A stretch of 64,000 nt of DNA from Leucoraja erinacea (taxonomy: Eukaryota). Positions within the stretch are counted from its first letter, which is position 1. Every line of letters starts with the position of its first letter. Below the pieces are notes generated by a model. The model saw only the letters and a program-made list of their open reading frames with translations. It ran no database searches and was not told the origin of the DNA. The DNA lies in the NCBI RefSeq assembly GCF_028641065.1, contig NC_073382.1:37138001-37202000 (forward strand), in the 5' to 3' direction. The translations under genes and the position numbers were made by a program. Below, in pieces: positions 1 through 12,780 of this stretch.

Positions 1-75
1 ATATGTGTATGTGTATGTGTATGTATATGTATATGTATATGTATATATATGTGTATATATATGTGTATATATATA
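1..75. repeat. (TA)n/(TG)n compound microsatellite
   Basis: ATATGTGTATGTGTATGT...ATATATAC seen directly. Confidence 0.95.
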
Positions 76-1282
76 CACCGATCTTAATTAATGACTAAAT
101 AGAACCCAAACAGTATTGTATATTGAAAAGTCCTCATAAATCACTGAACAAGTTATTTTTTTTACTGAAAGTGCTTGTAAATTCTGTAAAGTGTTTTTGT
201 TGATAGCGAGAGGCACTTTGCATGCCTATCGTAAGAAACTGCAAGGCTTACTGATTTCTTAAGTAACAGAAGGAAAACTTTCATATTTAAGAAAGAAAGT
301 AAGCACCAATTTGTTTATGTCAGTAAAACATATGTCTCTCAACTTGATTAAATATGAATTTCCATTTTTTAAGATATGGAAACCTTTTAGCAAGAATTGT
401 ACTTTTGAGCTACATTTTCAAATGAAGGACCCTTGTTATACATTGATATTGCAATACACAGTAGCAAATCTTGTATATTGATTGTATAATAGAACGTAAG
501 TAAGACTGAATGTTGAACTTTGTGTGTTTAAAATCTATCCAAACAGCACTGAAAAGCTAGATATGTGGTTGAGATTCACAATCATATCATTTTACTATTT
601 TGTCTTGACTGTTCTTTTTGTATTTTACAATGGACAATGTCAAAATGCAACTATATTTCAAAATGCAGGGTCATCATGTTAAGTATTGTACCAAAACACC
701 AACCCAAATAGGTTCGTCACAGTTATTAAATTATGCTTTGTATATATCTGTAACTATTTTGCATTTATGTTGAGCATGGAAACTTTATTTTATTTTAATG
801 GCATTCCCTTTTCATTTTGGTAGTTTAAAATCCCACCTGGATGACCAGCTGCCAGGATCTGAGACTGCTAATTAATTGCAAGTTGATAACAGTTGTGTGG
901 CATCTCTCCACATATTGCCACCTTATTCTATAACTTCCAGGAAAATACAACTGACCTTTCTGAATGGTGATACTGAAAGTGGAAACTTATGACATTGTAA
1001 ATCGAATTGTGTGTCTTCTGCTGCACTTCTGTCTATTTAGTTTGATCTAGACACTGCACTAAATATGAAGTTGGAGCCTTATTTTTCAGTTACCTCAGTA
1101 AACTATCCATAAACTGAGATCCAAGCATCCTTGCACATCGGTTATGTTAGGTAGTTATTTTTTGGAATAAATTTTTAATGTATATATAATCCTGGAGCTG
1201 CCATGTTGTCAGTTTTTTTTTAAATCATAACATGCACAAGAATAGCATGCAAATTCGTGAAGCATTCCATATTTTTAGAGGG

Positions 1283-1356
1283 AAAGATAGATCAGCCATG
1301 ATCAAATGGTGGAGCAGACTAATTGGGCTGAATGGCCTCATTCTTATGGTCTTATA
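1283..1356 (+). mobile_element. CR1 LINE extreme 3' end fragment
   Basis: GATCAGCCATGATC..AATGGTGGAGCAGAC...GGGCTGAATGGCCT..TTCTTATGGTCTTAT resembles the 3' UTR of other CR1 copies in the window. Confidence 0.65.
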
Positions 1357-2063
1357 GTCTTCTGACTGAACATTGCTTATTGCTTTGCAATATGGCAATT
1401 GGATTAAATGAATCGGGTTGGGCTTTATTTTCTCCATTATTATCCATTTATTAACGTCCATTAATACAATATGTAAACTTTTAGTGTAGTGTCTGATATT
1501 TGCTTAAACTTCACTGAGAATTTTCCACAACAGATAAGCATAAATTTAACAAATTAACAAATGCGATTTATCAAATGTCAAAACAACAACAAAAACCAGT
1601 TTGATAAAATTACTGTCAATAATTCCAGTACAAAATATTGAGAGATTCGAGTAGCATAAGTGGTTATAAGAACCACTGAGAACAAAGGGAGGAGGGGATT
1701 ACATAGATTTTTGCTGATAAGATTGGTTATGGATCGTACAACTTCTAACTTCTAAGCAATCTGTAGTCTAATTACCATTGGACAATAATATTATAAGAAA
1801 AATATGTTTATTATCTGTTTCAATGTAACTATTAATCCCTAAATATGTAATGGATGATGATCCTAATTTCAACTGGCTATCTATTCATGACCACATGCTC
1901 TGAAAAGCTTCCCCTCCTCCAAATTCTGGCCCTCGTTTTTTTTTTTGCAGCAACCCTCCACACCTCTAATTAACTACCTTGGACTGCCCCAATTGGTGCC
2001 CTGTTTCTGACCTCCTGCTGTTGGTCTGTGCTCCTGCCCTGCTGTTAATTTGGTTTCATACAG

Positions 2064-2552
2064 CATAGAAACATAGAAACATAGAATATAGGTGCAGGAG
2101 TAGGCCATTCGGCCCATCGAGCCTGCACCGCCATTCAATATGATCATGGCTGATCATCCAACTCAGTATCTTGTACCTGCCTTCTCTCCATACCCCCTGA
2201 TCCCTTTAGCAACAAGGGCCACATTTAACTCCCTCTTAAATATAGTCAATGAACTGGTTTCAACTACCTTCTGTGGCAGAGAATTCCAGAGATTCACCAC
2301 TCTCTGTGTGAAAAATGTTTTCCTCATCTCGGTCCTAAAAATTTTTCCCCTTATCATTAAACTGGGACCCCTTGTTCTGGACTTCCCCAACATCGGGAAC
2401 AATCTTCCTGCATCTAGCCTGTCCAACCACTTATGAATTTTGTAAGTTTCTATAAGATCCCCCCTCAATCTTCTAAATTATAGCGAGTACAAACCAAGTC
2501 TATCCAGTCTTTCTTCATATGAAAGTCCTGACATCCCAGGAATCAGTCTGGT
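2064..2552 (-). mobile_element. CR1 LINE, 5'-truncated 3' end (HER1-like)
   Basis: ORF 2163-2468 RGDLIETYKI...FFTQRVVNLWNSLP is the CR1 ORF2 C-terminus; (ATAGAAAC)n tail; near-identical to the 3' part of 30373-32501. Confidence 0.95.
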
Positions 2553-2674
2553 AATCAGCAGATTGCAATACTTAATTTAAGTGCAACCCTCTCATTTGTG
2601 CTTGGAACAAAACTCTAAATCCCTGGGCTTGCAGTATTTTTGAGAGTGTCCATTTTGCTCTATAACCTCCCAAC

Positions 2675-3140
2675 TTCATGAGGATGTTGCCAGGACTACA
2701 GGGTCTGAGCTATAGGGAGGGTTTGAGTCGGCTGGGAGGATGAGGAGTGATCTTATAGAGGTATATAAAATCATGAGACGAATAGATCAGGTAGATGCTC
2801 AGGTAGACACAAAATGAGGTAGATGCACAGAGTCTCTTATCCAGAGTAGATGAATCGAGGACCAGCGGACACAGGATTAAGGTGAAGGGGAAAAGATTTA
2901 ATAGAAATCTGAGGGCTAACTTTTTCACACAAAGGATGGTGAATGTATGGAACAAGAGGAGGTAGTTGAGGCAGGTTCTATAACACCATTTAAGAAACAG
3001 TTAGACAGGTACATGGATAGGGCTGGTCTGGAGGGTTATGGACCAAATGCAGGCAGGTGGGCCTAGTGCGACATGTTGGCGGTGTGGTTAAGTTATGTTG
3101 AAGGGCCTGTTTCCACACTGTACCACTCTATGACTCTATA
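2675..3140 (+). mobile_element. CR1 LINE 3' fragment, second subfamily
   Basis: AGGATGTTGCCAGGAC..GATCTTATAGAGGTATATAAAATCATGAG..; 3' UTR GAAGGGCCTGTTTCCACACTGTA with CTCTATGACTCTAT tail. Confidence 0.9.
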
Positions 3141-4422
3141 ACTGCTTGATTAACATTAGGCCCAACATTTAATTTGAAATGTCAGAGTGAGGAAAGAATG
3201 TATTACAATGTCAAAAATAATGTTATTTTTAAGTTATTACCAAAAGTAGACAGTTTGCAAATAAATGTATGGGAATCATTATTCAGCTTATTCATCAAAC
3301 TTTTTATATTCAACAGTTGCAGAAGACTCACTTTTCACTTGTGCTGTTTGTGTTCTTCTAGTATCTGGATCATGTCCCTTTGTTGGTTAGTTTGTTGTGG
3401 AGACAATTGAAAATATTAAAGTTACTGCTACAGTTAGAACTGCTTTGTCAGCTCCAAATTGGAGAAAAAAATCTTTGGGGGATTTGGTTTTATGCTATCA
3501 ACTTGTTAATGAAGTCCCGTTGGTTGCAGAATTGCCTCCACTGCTGCTTACATCTGCACTTAAGTATTCAGTTGTGTCCCTGTCTTCAGTTTCAACTGGT
3601 TGTGAAACTATTATTATCTTTGAAATGTTACATCGTTACCAAAAGGAGCATTGAAGCAAATATAGCTGCAGGACAAGAGGTCTGAGAGGTAGCACACACC
3701 ACCAGTTGGGTAAGATCACTCTGGCAGCACATTCTTAATCTTAGGTACAATTACAGTATGTGCATACACTAAAGACTCCCTGAGTGTTCACTGTTCATTG
3801 GTTCAAACCAATACAAGAATTCATGTTTACTAAACCAATTATATACCATTCTGCACTGAGATTGCCACCAAGGTATCAAAAGAAAAAAAAAGTGTTTCTT
3901 TGAAAACTTACTTCTGAACAATGCAGGCCTTTTTTCAAACCTATCAATGGGACAATGGTTTATTTTTCTGTCACATGTGCGGAGATACAGTGAAAGGCTT
4001 GCTCTGCATGCTATTCAATCAAATCATACTATGGACAAGTACAATAGATCCTCTTCTGGAACAGCATGTAGAGAGTCGCCAGGTTTTGGCTCCATCTTGC
4101 AACTTTCAAGTCTCGGAATAGTCCGATTTTGGCAAAGGAGATATGTGGTTTCTTATATATCTGCAACATAAAACAAAAAACTGGATCTAAGATGCCCTCT
4201 CAGCTTCCAGGCCTACCGAGGCTGCATCAGAACAAAACAGAACCATAGATGTCGAAAATCTGAAACAACAACAAAAATTGCTGTAAGGTCTCAGCAGATC
4301 AAAGACAGCATCCAGAGAAAGAGAAAGAGAATCATCATTTCAGGTGCAAACCTCTTCATGATTTGCTGGTCTACTCATCAGTCCCAAACAACAATCACAA
4401 TAATGGAGAGAAGGAATAGGCT

Positions 4423-6192
4423 ACCATATAACCATATAACAATTACAGCACGGAAACAGGCCATCTCGACACTTCTAGTCCGTGCCGAACACGTATTCTC
4501 CCCTAGTCCCATATACCTGCGCTCAGACCACCCTCCATTCCTTTCCCGTCCATATAACTATCCAATTTATTTTTAAATGATAAAAACGAACCTGCCTCCA
4601 CCACCTTCACTGGAAGCTCATTCCACACAGCCACCACTCTCTGAGTAAAGAAGTTCCCCCTCATGTTACCCTTAAACTTATGTCCCTTAATTCCCAAGTC
4701 ATGTCCCCTTGTTTGAATCTTCCCTACTATCAGTGGGAAAAGCTTATCCACGTCAACTCTGTCTATCCCTCTCATCATTTTAAAGACCTCTATCAAGTCC
4801 CCCCCTTAACCTTCTGCGCTACAAAGAATAAAGCCCTAACTTGTTCAACCTTTCTCTGTGACTTAGTTGCTGAAACCCAGGCAACATTCTAGTAAATCTC
4901 CTCTGTACTCTCTCTATTTTGTTGACATCCTTCCTATCATTAGGCGACCAAAATTGTACACCATACTCCAGAATTGGACTCTCACCAATGCCCTGTACAA
5001 TTTTAACATTACATCCCATCTTCTATACTCAATGCTCTGATTTATAAAGGCCAGCACACCAAAAGCTTTCTTTACCACTCTATCTACATGAGATTCCAAT
5101 TTCAGGGAACTGTGCACAATTATTCCCAGATCACTCTGTGCACCTGCATTCTTCAATTCCCTACCATTTACCCTGTACGTCCTATTTTGATTTGTCCTGC
5201 CAAGATGTAGCACCTCACACTTATCAGCATTAAACTCCATCTGCCATCTTTCAGCCCACTCTTCCAACTAGCATAAATCTCTCTGTAGACTTTGAAAATC
5301 TACTTCATTATCCACAACCCCACCTATCTTAGTATCATCTGCATACTTACTATTCCAATTTACCACACCATCATCCAGATCATTGATGTACATCACAAAC
5401 AACAGTGGACCCAATACAGATCCCTGTGGCACCCCACTAGTCACTGGCCTCCAACCTGACAAACAACCATCCACCATTACTCTCTGGCATCCCCATTCAG
5501 CCACTGTTGAATCCATCTTGCTACTCCACCATTAATACCCAACAATTGAACCTTCTTAACCAACCTTCCATGAGGAACCTTGTCAAAGGCTTTACTGAAG
5601 TCCATATATACAACATCCACTGCTTTACCCTCATCAATTTCCCGAGTAACCTCTTCAAAAAATTCAAGAAGATTAGTCAAACATGACCTTCCAGGCACAA
5701 ATCCATGTTCACTGTTCCTAATCAGACCCTGTTTATCCAGATGCTTATATATATTATCTCTAAGTATCCTTTCCATTAATTTTCCCACCACTGACGTCAA
5801 ACTAACAGGTCTATAATTACTAGGTTTACTCTTAGACCCCTTTTTAAACAATGGAACAACATGCGTAGTATGCCAATCCTCTGGCACTATTCCCGTTTCT
5901 AATGACATTTGAAATATTTCTGTCATAGCCCCTGCTATTTCTACACTAACTTCCCTCAATGTCCTAGGTAATATCCTGTCCGGACATGGAGACTTATCCA
6001 CTTTTTTATTTCTCAAAAGTGTCAGTATTTCCTCTTCTTTGAATCTCATAGTTTCCATAGCTTCTCTACTTGTTTCCCTTACCTCACATAATTCAATATC
6101 CTTCTCCTTGGTGAATACCGAAGAAAATAAATTATTCAATATCTCCCCCATCTCTTTTGGCTCTGCAGATAGCTGTCCACTCTGACTCTCTA
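4423..6192 (-). mobile_element. CR1 LINE ORF2 (RT) fragment, frameshifted, with 3' UTR
   Basis: ORFs 5477-6223, 5268-5516, 4914-5267 and 4503-4796 contain NYRPVSLTS, DFSKAFDKVPH, GVPQGSVLGP and YADDTK; (ACCATATA)n tail. Confidence 0.96.
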
Positions 6193-6352
6193 GGCTACGT
6201 TTTGGGTAGCGACCCTTCTTCAAACTGAAGAAGGGTCTCGACCCAAAATGTCACCTATTCCTTCTCTCCAGAGATGCTGCCTCCCCGCTGAGTTTCTCCA
6301 GCATTTTTTCTCTATCTTCGATTGTTCCCTCATCTGCAGTTCTTTCTTAAAC
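6193..6352. mobile_element. Penelope-derived partly palindromic short element with hammerhead-like motif
   Basis: GACCCTTCTTCAAACTGAAGAAGGGTCTCGACCCAAAATGTC head-to-head arrangement; same family as 26984-27185 and 47037-47224. Confidence 0.75.
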
Positions 6353-6880
6353 AATTACAATAATACATTATTACCCAAGTATATTTTGCAACGTACGAGG
6401 AATGTAATTTGCCAGGTCAGTTATACAAATAAAAAGAAACAGAAGACATGAAACGCATTTTAACATAAACATAAACATCCATCACATTCCTCACTGATGG
6501 AAGGCGAAAAAAAGTTCAATCTCTTCCCTTGTTTGCTCTACCGTGGTCGGGGGCCTCGAGCCCTCCATTGACGGGACAATATTGACTACCATAGCCAGTG
6601 GCATTTGGGCTCTCCTCATCTGGGCGATCAGCTCCTGCATCAGGGGAATTGCAGCTCCCCCACGCCGGCGATTGAACCTCGCATCGGGGCTGGCTGAGCC
6701 TCTGCGTTCGTTGGAGCTCCTGACTGGCCTCTCCCGAAACTGTGTGCTCTTGATAGTAAGTCCACAGTGGGCAATCAAGGTCAGTCCGAGGAGGCCTTCA
6801 GCTCCGTCGATGGTAGGCTGCAGAGTGACCGGAGATACAATCCGGAAGGTAATCGCATCTCTGGCAAGGTAAGAAACTGA
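6353..6880 (-). mobile_element. Non-autonomous GC-rich retroposon with Rex-type 3' tail (family unassigned)
   Basis: Minus-strand 3' end GGCAAATTACATTCCTCGTACGTTGCAAAATATACTTGGGTAATAA with a GC-rich body; family assignment is inference. Confidence 0.5.
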
Positions 6881-7494
6881 AAAACAGCTTTTTCTTCAGT
6901 GCTTCTGCACGTGGGGAGAATTGTCGAAGCACATACACATTTCTTGGTGGTCAATGTAGTGCCGATTTGGTAGCTGGGTGCTCTTCATACACTTCCACAC
7001 CATTGCTGTCTCAACTCATTGAACCTGTGCATAACCCACCAGAATGTTACTTTAAAGGTATTTTTGCCCAATTTCCCCATTTGTTTCTATTCATGAAATC
7101 CAAATGAGCATTACGATTACACATTGCCCATAGTAGACAGGCTAAATCACTGGATTTAAATGATTGGTCCACAAGTAATCACTGCATGCAGCTAAGATTC
7201 TGAATTCATCTTCTGAAAGTTGTAACGGGACCATCACTGATTTGTGTATCTTAATTCTCAATATTATAAACTAAAATAAAAACAGGAAATGGTGGAAATA
7301 CTCAAAAAGTGAGGCTGATTCTCTGGGAAGAAAGGAATAGAGCTAACTTTTCAAGTTGAAGCCTCACTGCAATAATTAAATACCATATTGCAGACTTTAT
7401 CATTATTAGCTTGTTTATATCCTTGCATGAAGTGCTCCTTGTTTATTTCTGATAAGATTGCAAAATGCCCCCAGATTCCCTTACTTTTGCTAAA

Positions 7495-7648
7495 TGTGGA
7501 CCGTGGTGTGTGGCTGGATGCCTTGCAACCTGTTTTGGCAATTCAAACATACATAGATGAATGAGGCTGCAGAAAGTGGTGGGCATTGTCTGGTCCATCA
7601 TGGGTATTAACCTCTCTACCGTCAAAGGAATGTACAAGAAGCTAATAT
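7495..7648 (+). mobile_element. Rex1/Babar LINE 3' fragment, left half (split by DIRS insertion)
   Basis: Decayed CxxWFGN..RLQKVV..AxxIMG..L motif ending GCTAATATAAT; continues at 12421. Confidence 0.75.
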
Positions 7649-7867
7649 AATAGTAATATTAAACGAGGACTTACCAGTTTGAAGTTTGATCTTTATTTTA
7701 TGAGGAGTTACGATGAGGGACTATGTGAAGACTACGTGCGCATGGTCATCAATCTTCAAAGCAGCGGTGTGTAATCACAGGTAATAGTAATTGAAGTATA
7801 ATAGTAAGACCAGAAACCTAGAAGTATCAGATGACCTTTGTGAGAGATGGTTGGGAGCGGATTGCAG

Positions 7868-7976
7868 GTAGTCCCTCATCGTTTCTACTCATAAAATAAA
7901 GATCAAACTTCAAACTGGTAAGTTCTCATTTAATCTTACCATTTTACTTCGGAGCCACGTGAGTGACTATGTGAAG
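7868..7976 (-). other. DIRS internal complementary region (ICR, circle-junction template)
   Basis: 7941-7976 is the reverse complement of 12385-12420 (34/36). 7868-7943 is the reverse complement of 7649-7724 (~90%). The two halves overlap at ATT. Confidence 0.9.
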
Positions 7977-10900
7977 ATTTCAAAGCTCTGTGATTTCATG
8001 CCGTGAGAAACGAGTCTACACAACCACAACTGCTTCATAGACAAATGAGGGAAAAAACATTCACAATGGATACAGTCATGACATAGATTTAAAACATGCT
8101 GATGCTGTTCAATGAAGTAATAATAATAGTAACATCTCTCATCCGGGTGGAACTATAAATACAATGTAAAATAGAGTTGAAAAATACCCTTGGTCTGGCA
8201 ATGGGTTATTATAAAATGTTTGGAAAATCGTTCATTAGACCATGCTGCAGCCATTAGGATGTGGCCCAGCCGAACGTAAATAACCCTTGTTGCTGATGTT
8301 GTAACAGCCCTGGTGCAGTGAAGATCTGTAAATCAGCATCTACTCCTGCATAAATCAACCCCGTTTTATCACCTGGAAATGGTCTGACCGGATACGTTTT
8401 ATAACGTTTTGTGTACTAACAAGCATTACAAATTCAGAGCCTTAGAGGCTCTTGGTGACCTTGATGTATTGTTGTATATGTGTGCCCTCACATAGCCAAA
8501 GGTCCATGGGTTTACCTTGAACTATTTTGAGACCTGACACACCTTCTGCTGTGCTTAAGTAATTATAAACATAAAATATTATATATTATTTACTGATATA
8601 ATCATCCTGTCCCTTCGCAATATGTAGCGACTGAATCTTTTGCACTAAACCAGCGGCAGTAGGGTAACTACCTTATGAGAGCCGACCAAATCTAACTGGA
8701 GCCCCCTTGTGAAATAGTGTTAACACAATGTCAATATCCCATACTACATTGTACTTGTCCTGGGGGAACGTGTTAAAGATATCTTTTACAGACTCGATAT
8801 CCAGGGTGAACCCGACAGGGTGGGTCCAGTTTGCTGCAGTAAATATGATGGGAAAGCATGGTGGCACAGTTAATGGCCCTATAACTCAATTATTGTCAAA
8901 AGACCATTTAAAATGAACTCCAAGACGTCAGTAATCTGTAGCGTTTTTAAATAGAATATTAGCATTAAACAACACTTCCCATCTCTTGAAAAAGAAATGT
9001 ACTGCTTTTCCATTTTTGGTGCTATCTCAGCACTCTGGAGTGAACCCATACAAGGATAAGTGTGCCAACTCAAGCCGTAGGGTAGTCTATTCAGAAACTG
9101 CAGAGCATAAATTGATTTTAACATGCAACGGCTGATTTTCCTGAGCCACTGCCTGAACCAGCAACATTTACATTTAGAATAACCGTATAAGCTTGTCTTA
9201 TTATTCCCAACAAATCAGGAATTTAAGCTGCATAGGCCGATCAGACAATAGAAAAAACCTAAAACGAGATCTTGATGACTTTATATGAAGACCCGACTGA
9301 CGAGGCAAAAATGGAGGAAGATATAAAAGCCCATTCCTCCTCCTTGTAGCGAGAATGTATCTTTCGCCACTGTTATGCCACATATTTTTGCAACCTGTGA
9401 ATAAGCATGACAGCAACATATCGATATATGGTGTTCCATTTAACCAGAAATTCATAAATACTGTGTGGTCCAACACCCGTTCTGTGTTGTCATGATCTGT
9501 ATTTGATGATACACCAGTGGCAAATGAGATTAGGTAAACCATTACAGGATACTTTTACTTTTACTTGATTGCACCCATGTGACCAACATATGACACCATC
9601 TTAATGTATCAACCTGAAGTTGACCATGCAGATTATGGATATTCGCTCAGTCACTTTTTAACCCATAGAATGTACGTAGGGTCTATAAATAGTTGATACC
9701 AATAACTGAAGAATTGGTAAATCATGCAAATCTTCCTACTGCAAACTGGAGAAGACCTTCGCAAATTCCCACGTTAGGGGCATTAGCATTATTTTTTCAA
9801 TATAACTGCAATATTTACTGACCAACTGCTGGAACACTGCTAAATACTGTTTGTCCATCATAGTGACTTTGGTAGCTTCAGCTAGTACAATACAATACAA
9901 TACAGTTTTATTCATCATATTTGTCAGCAGCAGCAGAAGTAATAGCATCAGTGTATTAACAATGACCTACATGGCACTTTAGAGTTTGCCATTAAGCATG
10001 ATGTCAATTCTCCCACTTGCACAGCTGAATCACAGCCATTATATTGCCAATTAGTCTTAATGAGTAGAGGCTGATTCTAACCACAAGGCTGTTACAGGTT
10101 TCTATTAACTGCAATCTTTTGCCCAGGGCGGCGTCATAGGCCAATTAATAGTTAAAGGTAAATCCCAATGACCAACAAGTCTATTTGGTAACAACTGAAT
10201 TTAACTGTATAGAAGAGCCCAATTTCCTAAATATAGTTTGAGACTGACAATGTGGATTTTAGCAAACATACAGCATTAAAATCCCATCCAGACAAGGCAT
10301 AACAGTGTTTTTGAACTCTGCGTAGTCCGCTTTGAATGCTTATTGTCATCATACTGTTATTATTGCCTCATCATAGCAATTGCCTCCTCCAAATATCTCC
10401 GGTGATCCCTGTAAATGGGAACACCCTATAAAAATCAGTTGTTAATCAGCCATCTTTCGTAATGACCAGGCCACGCCTGTCATCATTTTGTGCCTGCCTT
10501 AAACGACAACTCTGGTCCAATTTCAGAGCCTGTCTTGCAAGACAATCCTGGCCATAATACAATTCTGGCCCCAATTCTGAACCTGTGTTGATAAACAACT
10601 CTGATCATTATACCTAGCCTGTTTCGAAGGCAATCCTGGCCAAAATAATGAGCCTACCTCAAAACACAATTCTGGCCCAATTCTAACCTGCTTGGAACGC
10701 TATTATTATCCAGTTTTGCATGGTTAGATGTCTCTAAGGAGATGATTATGTCTTAATCATTCATGTATTGTGCAACCAAGTGTAAATCTTACCAACTTGT
10801 AAGTGGTCCTTAGTTGTAGAGCAGAACTCGCAGAGTGAATGGAGCCTCTGGCCTGCTTTCATGCTGCCACCAGCTTCAGTGAACCGCTTACTGCCGATGA

Positions 10901-11214
10901 AGACGTGGGGTGCGTTGTTGCAGAAACGATGAAGCTTTGCTCGTTGTTGGCCTTGATTGGTCCAACAGCTTGTGCTTCACCCTCCAGGTTTTCCATGTTG
11001 AATAGGTCTTACCTGAATAGCACATTCAGCGGCTGTCTCTAATGTCCCCCTGAGCCGTGTTCACTGCATTGTGTTGGGATGGCAAACCTTGCTGCCAGGA
11101 ATGGTACTTCTGACACATGGCCTTCATCCCTTGGGTATGCTCCGTATCTCTACCCTCAAGCTCGGCATCAGATTTATACTGACCCGGCATGCTCCCTCCT
11201 CCAAAAAAGAGAGG

Positions 11215-11620
11215 CATTAAGCAGCCCTGTTACAAGGCGCTGCTGGCGCGGGCTCCCCACAGGCCCGTGCTGCCATAGACTCGGTGTCAGACTTATATTG
11301 ACCCGTCATGTTTTCCTTCTCCTAGAGGGAAACATTAAGCAGCCCTGTTAACAGGCGCTGCTGGCGCGGGCTCTACCATAGGCGGGCGCTGCCATTAGAC
11401 TAGGCATCAACATGAAGCAGCCCTGTCCAAAGGCGCTGCTGGCACGGCTCTCCCATAGGCCTGCGCTGCCATAGACTGGGCATCCACATTAAGCAGCCCT
11501 ATCCCAAGGCGCGGCTGATGCGGGCTCTCTCATAGGCCGGCGCTGCCATAGACTAGGCATCCACATTAAGCAGCCCTGTTCCAGGCGCTGCTGGCGTGGG
11601 CTCCTACATAGGCTCATGCT
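11215..11620. repeat. ~76-bp GC-rich tandem repeat (5 copies) inside the DIRS element
   Basis: CATTAAGCAGCCCTGT..AGGCGCTGCTGGCGCGGGCTC..ATAGGC..CGCTGCCATAGACT at ~11215, 11333, 11411, 11486 and 11563. Confidence 0.9.
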
Positions 11621-11997
11621 GACACAACTCCCTAGTGTGTCTAGATGGAGCATCCTCTCCATTACGACCTTCATCCTGACCAACCTCTAAATTTTTATAC
11701 CTTACCTGAGGGGAACCCTCCCAGCACTAATGCTGACCACTGAGGTTAGTTTTATCCTCATAGCTGCTGGATTTCCCTTCCCCGGGAACCCCAGCATCTG
11801 TATATTTTACCGGAGGGGAACCCTGCCGTACTAGGGCTGACCGTCTAATCGGTTTTTACCCCACCACTGTGGGGAACCCCAGCATCTATATCTATTACCG
11901 GAGGGGGACCCTCCCGGCAATAGGGCTAACCGTTCTTAAACGGAGCCTCCAGAGAAACCCACGTTGTCCTCTGAGAACTTAAATTTTTTATTCAAAC

Positions 11998-12075
11998 GGT
12001 ACCCGTAGCTAGGATTGCACCCGGGTCTCTGGCACTGCAAGGCAGCAACTCTACCGCTGTGCTGCTGTGCAACCC
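11998..12075 (-). mobile_element. HE1-like V-SINE 5' (tRNA-derived) fragment within the DIRS element
   Basis: Reverse complement matches the SINE head GCACAGCGGTAGAGTTGCTGCCTT..CAGAGACCCGGGT seen at 36947 and 42860-43170. Confidence 0.75.
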
Positions 12076-12420
12076 AACTGGGATATTGCCCCAGTGTTTG
12101 AAAATCACTGACTAAAAATCACAAACCCGCCTTCTCCAGCTACCCGATTCCGCGGTCGGAACCAGGGTCTCCCCACAGCCTGTAGCTGGTTCCCTCGTCG
12201 GCTTCCCGAAGTACCAACAGGAAACCTCTGTAAAAGAGGTTCCTGCATGGGATCAACACAGGTAAGAAATAAAAAGCTTACCTTTTTAGATTAAACTTAC
12301 CGCTGGCATGCAGCGACGTGCCTGACCAGTCCGGTGCTTCGCCATGCGAACGGCAATCCGACGACCATGCACATGAGCGGGGTTCTTCACGTAGTCACTC
12401 ACGTGACTCCGAAGTAAAAT

Positions 12421-12780
12421 TAAAGATTCACACCACCTTAACCATGCTTGCTACTACCATTGGAAAGAAGTACAGGAGCGTGAGAACCATTATCTTCAGG
12501 TTAAAGTACAACTTCCTCCAGTCAACCATTAGGTTCTTGACCCACCCTGCACAACCCTCCCTCAGCATCAAATCACTGTGGAATTTGCATCACTATAGTT
12601 GCTCAATGTGGTGGTTTTTGCACTATCATGGTCAGGTTTACTTAGAATAATTGCCAATTCATTGTATATTTATTTATTACCAGTAAATATTGTTATTACC
12701 AGTAAAGCTACAGCAAGCAAAAACGTTATGGTTCCAGTTCATATCCAGTGCATTTGACAAACCACACTTTTGACTTGTGA
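12421..12780 (+). mobile_element. Rex1/Babar LINE 3' fragment, right half
   Basis: IKDSHH..LLPLxRxYRSVRT..RLKYNFLQSTIRFL matches the Rex1 ORF end (compare 47417-48091); joins 7648 in frame as A-N-I-I-K-D. Confidence 0.75.

Larger units (their letters stand above)
7649..12420 (-). mobile_element. DIRS1-type tyrosine-recombinase retrotransposon, coding-decayed
   Basis: ICR at 7868-7976 is complementary to both termini. Minus-strand remnants: YR motifs KDIFN..KYNVVWDIDIVL (8673-8867), HCTRAVTTSA and HILMAAAWSNE (~8230-8325); RNase H-region motifs VSYVGHMGAIK, GTPYIDM and LYLPPF (9200-9620). AAT occurs at both ends. Confidence 0.9.

Noticed and set aside
3332-3685. Possible host exon (ORFs 3380-3685 and 3397-3654; minus-strand GTGAGT donor near 3331)
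   Set aside because: No recognisable protein and stops in the minus frames; it cannot be supported without RNA-seq or homology.
11215-11620. Repeat-spacer-like array
   Set aside because: The inter-repeat segments are homologous to each other, so it is a degenerate tandem repeat within the DIRS element.
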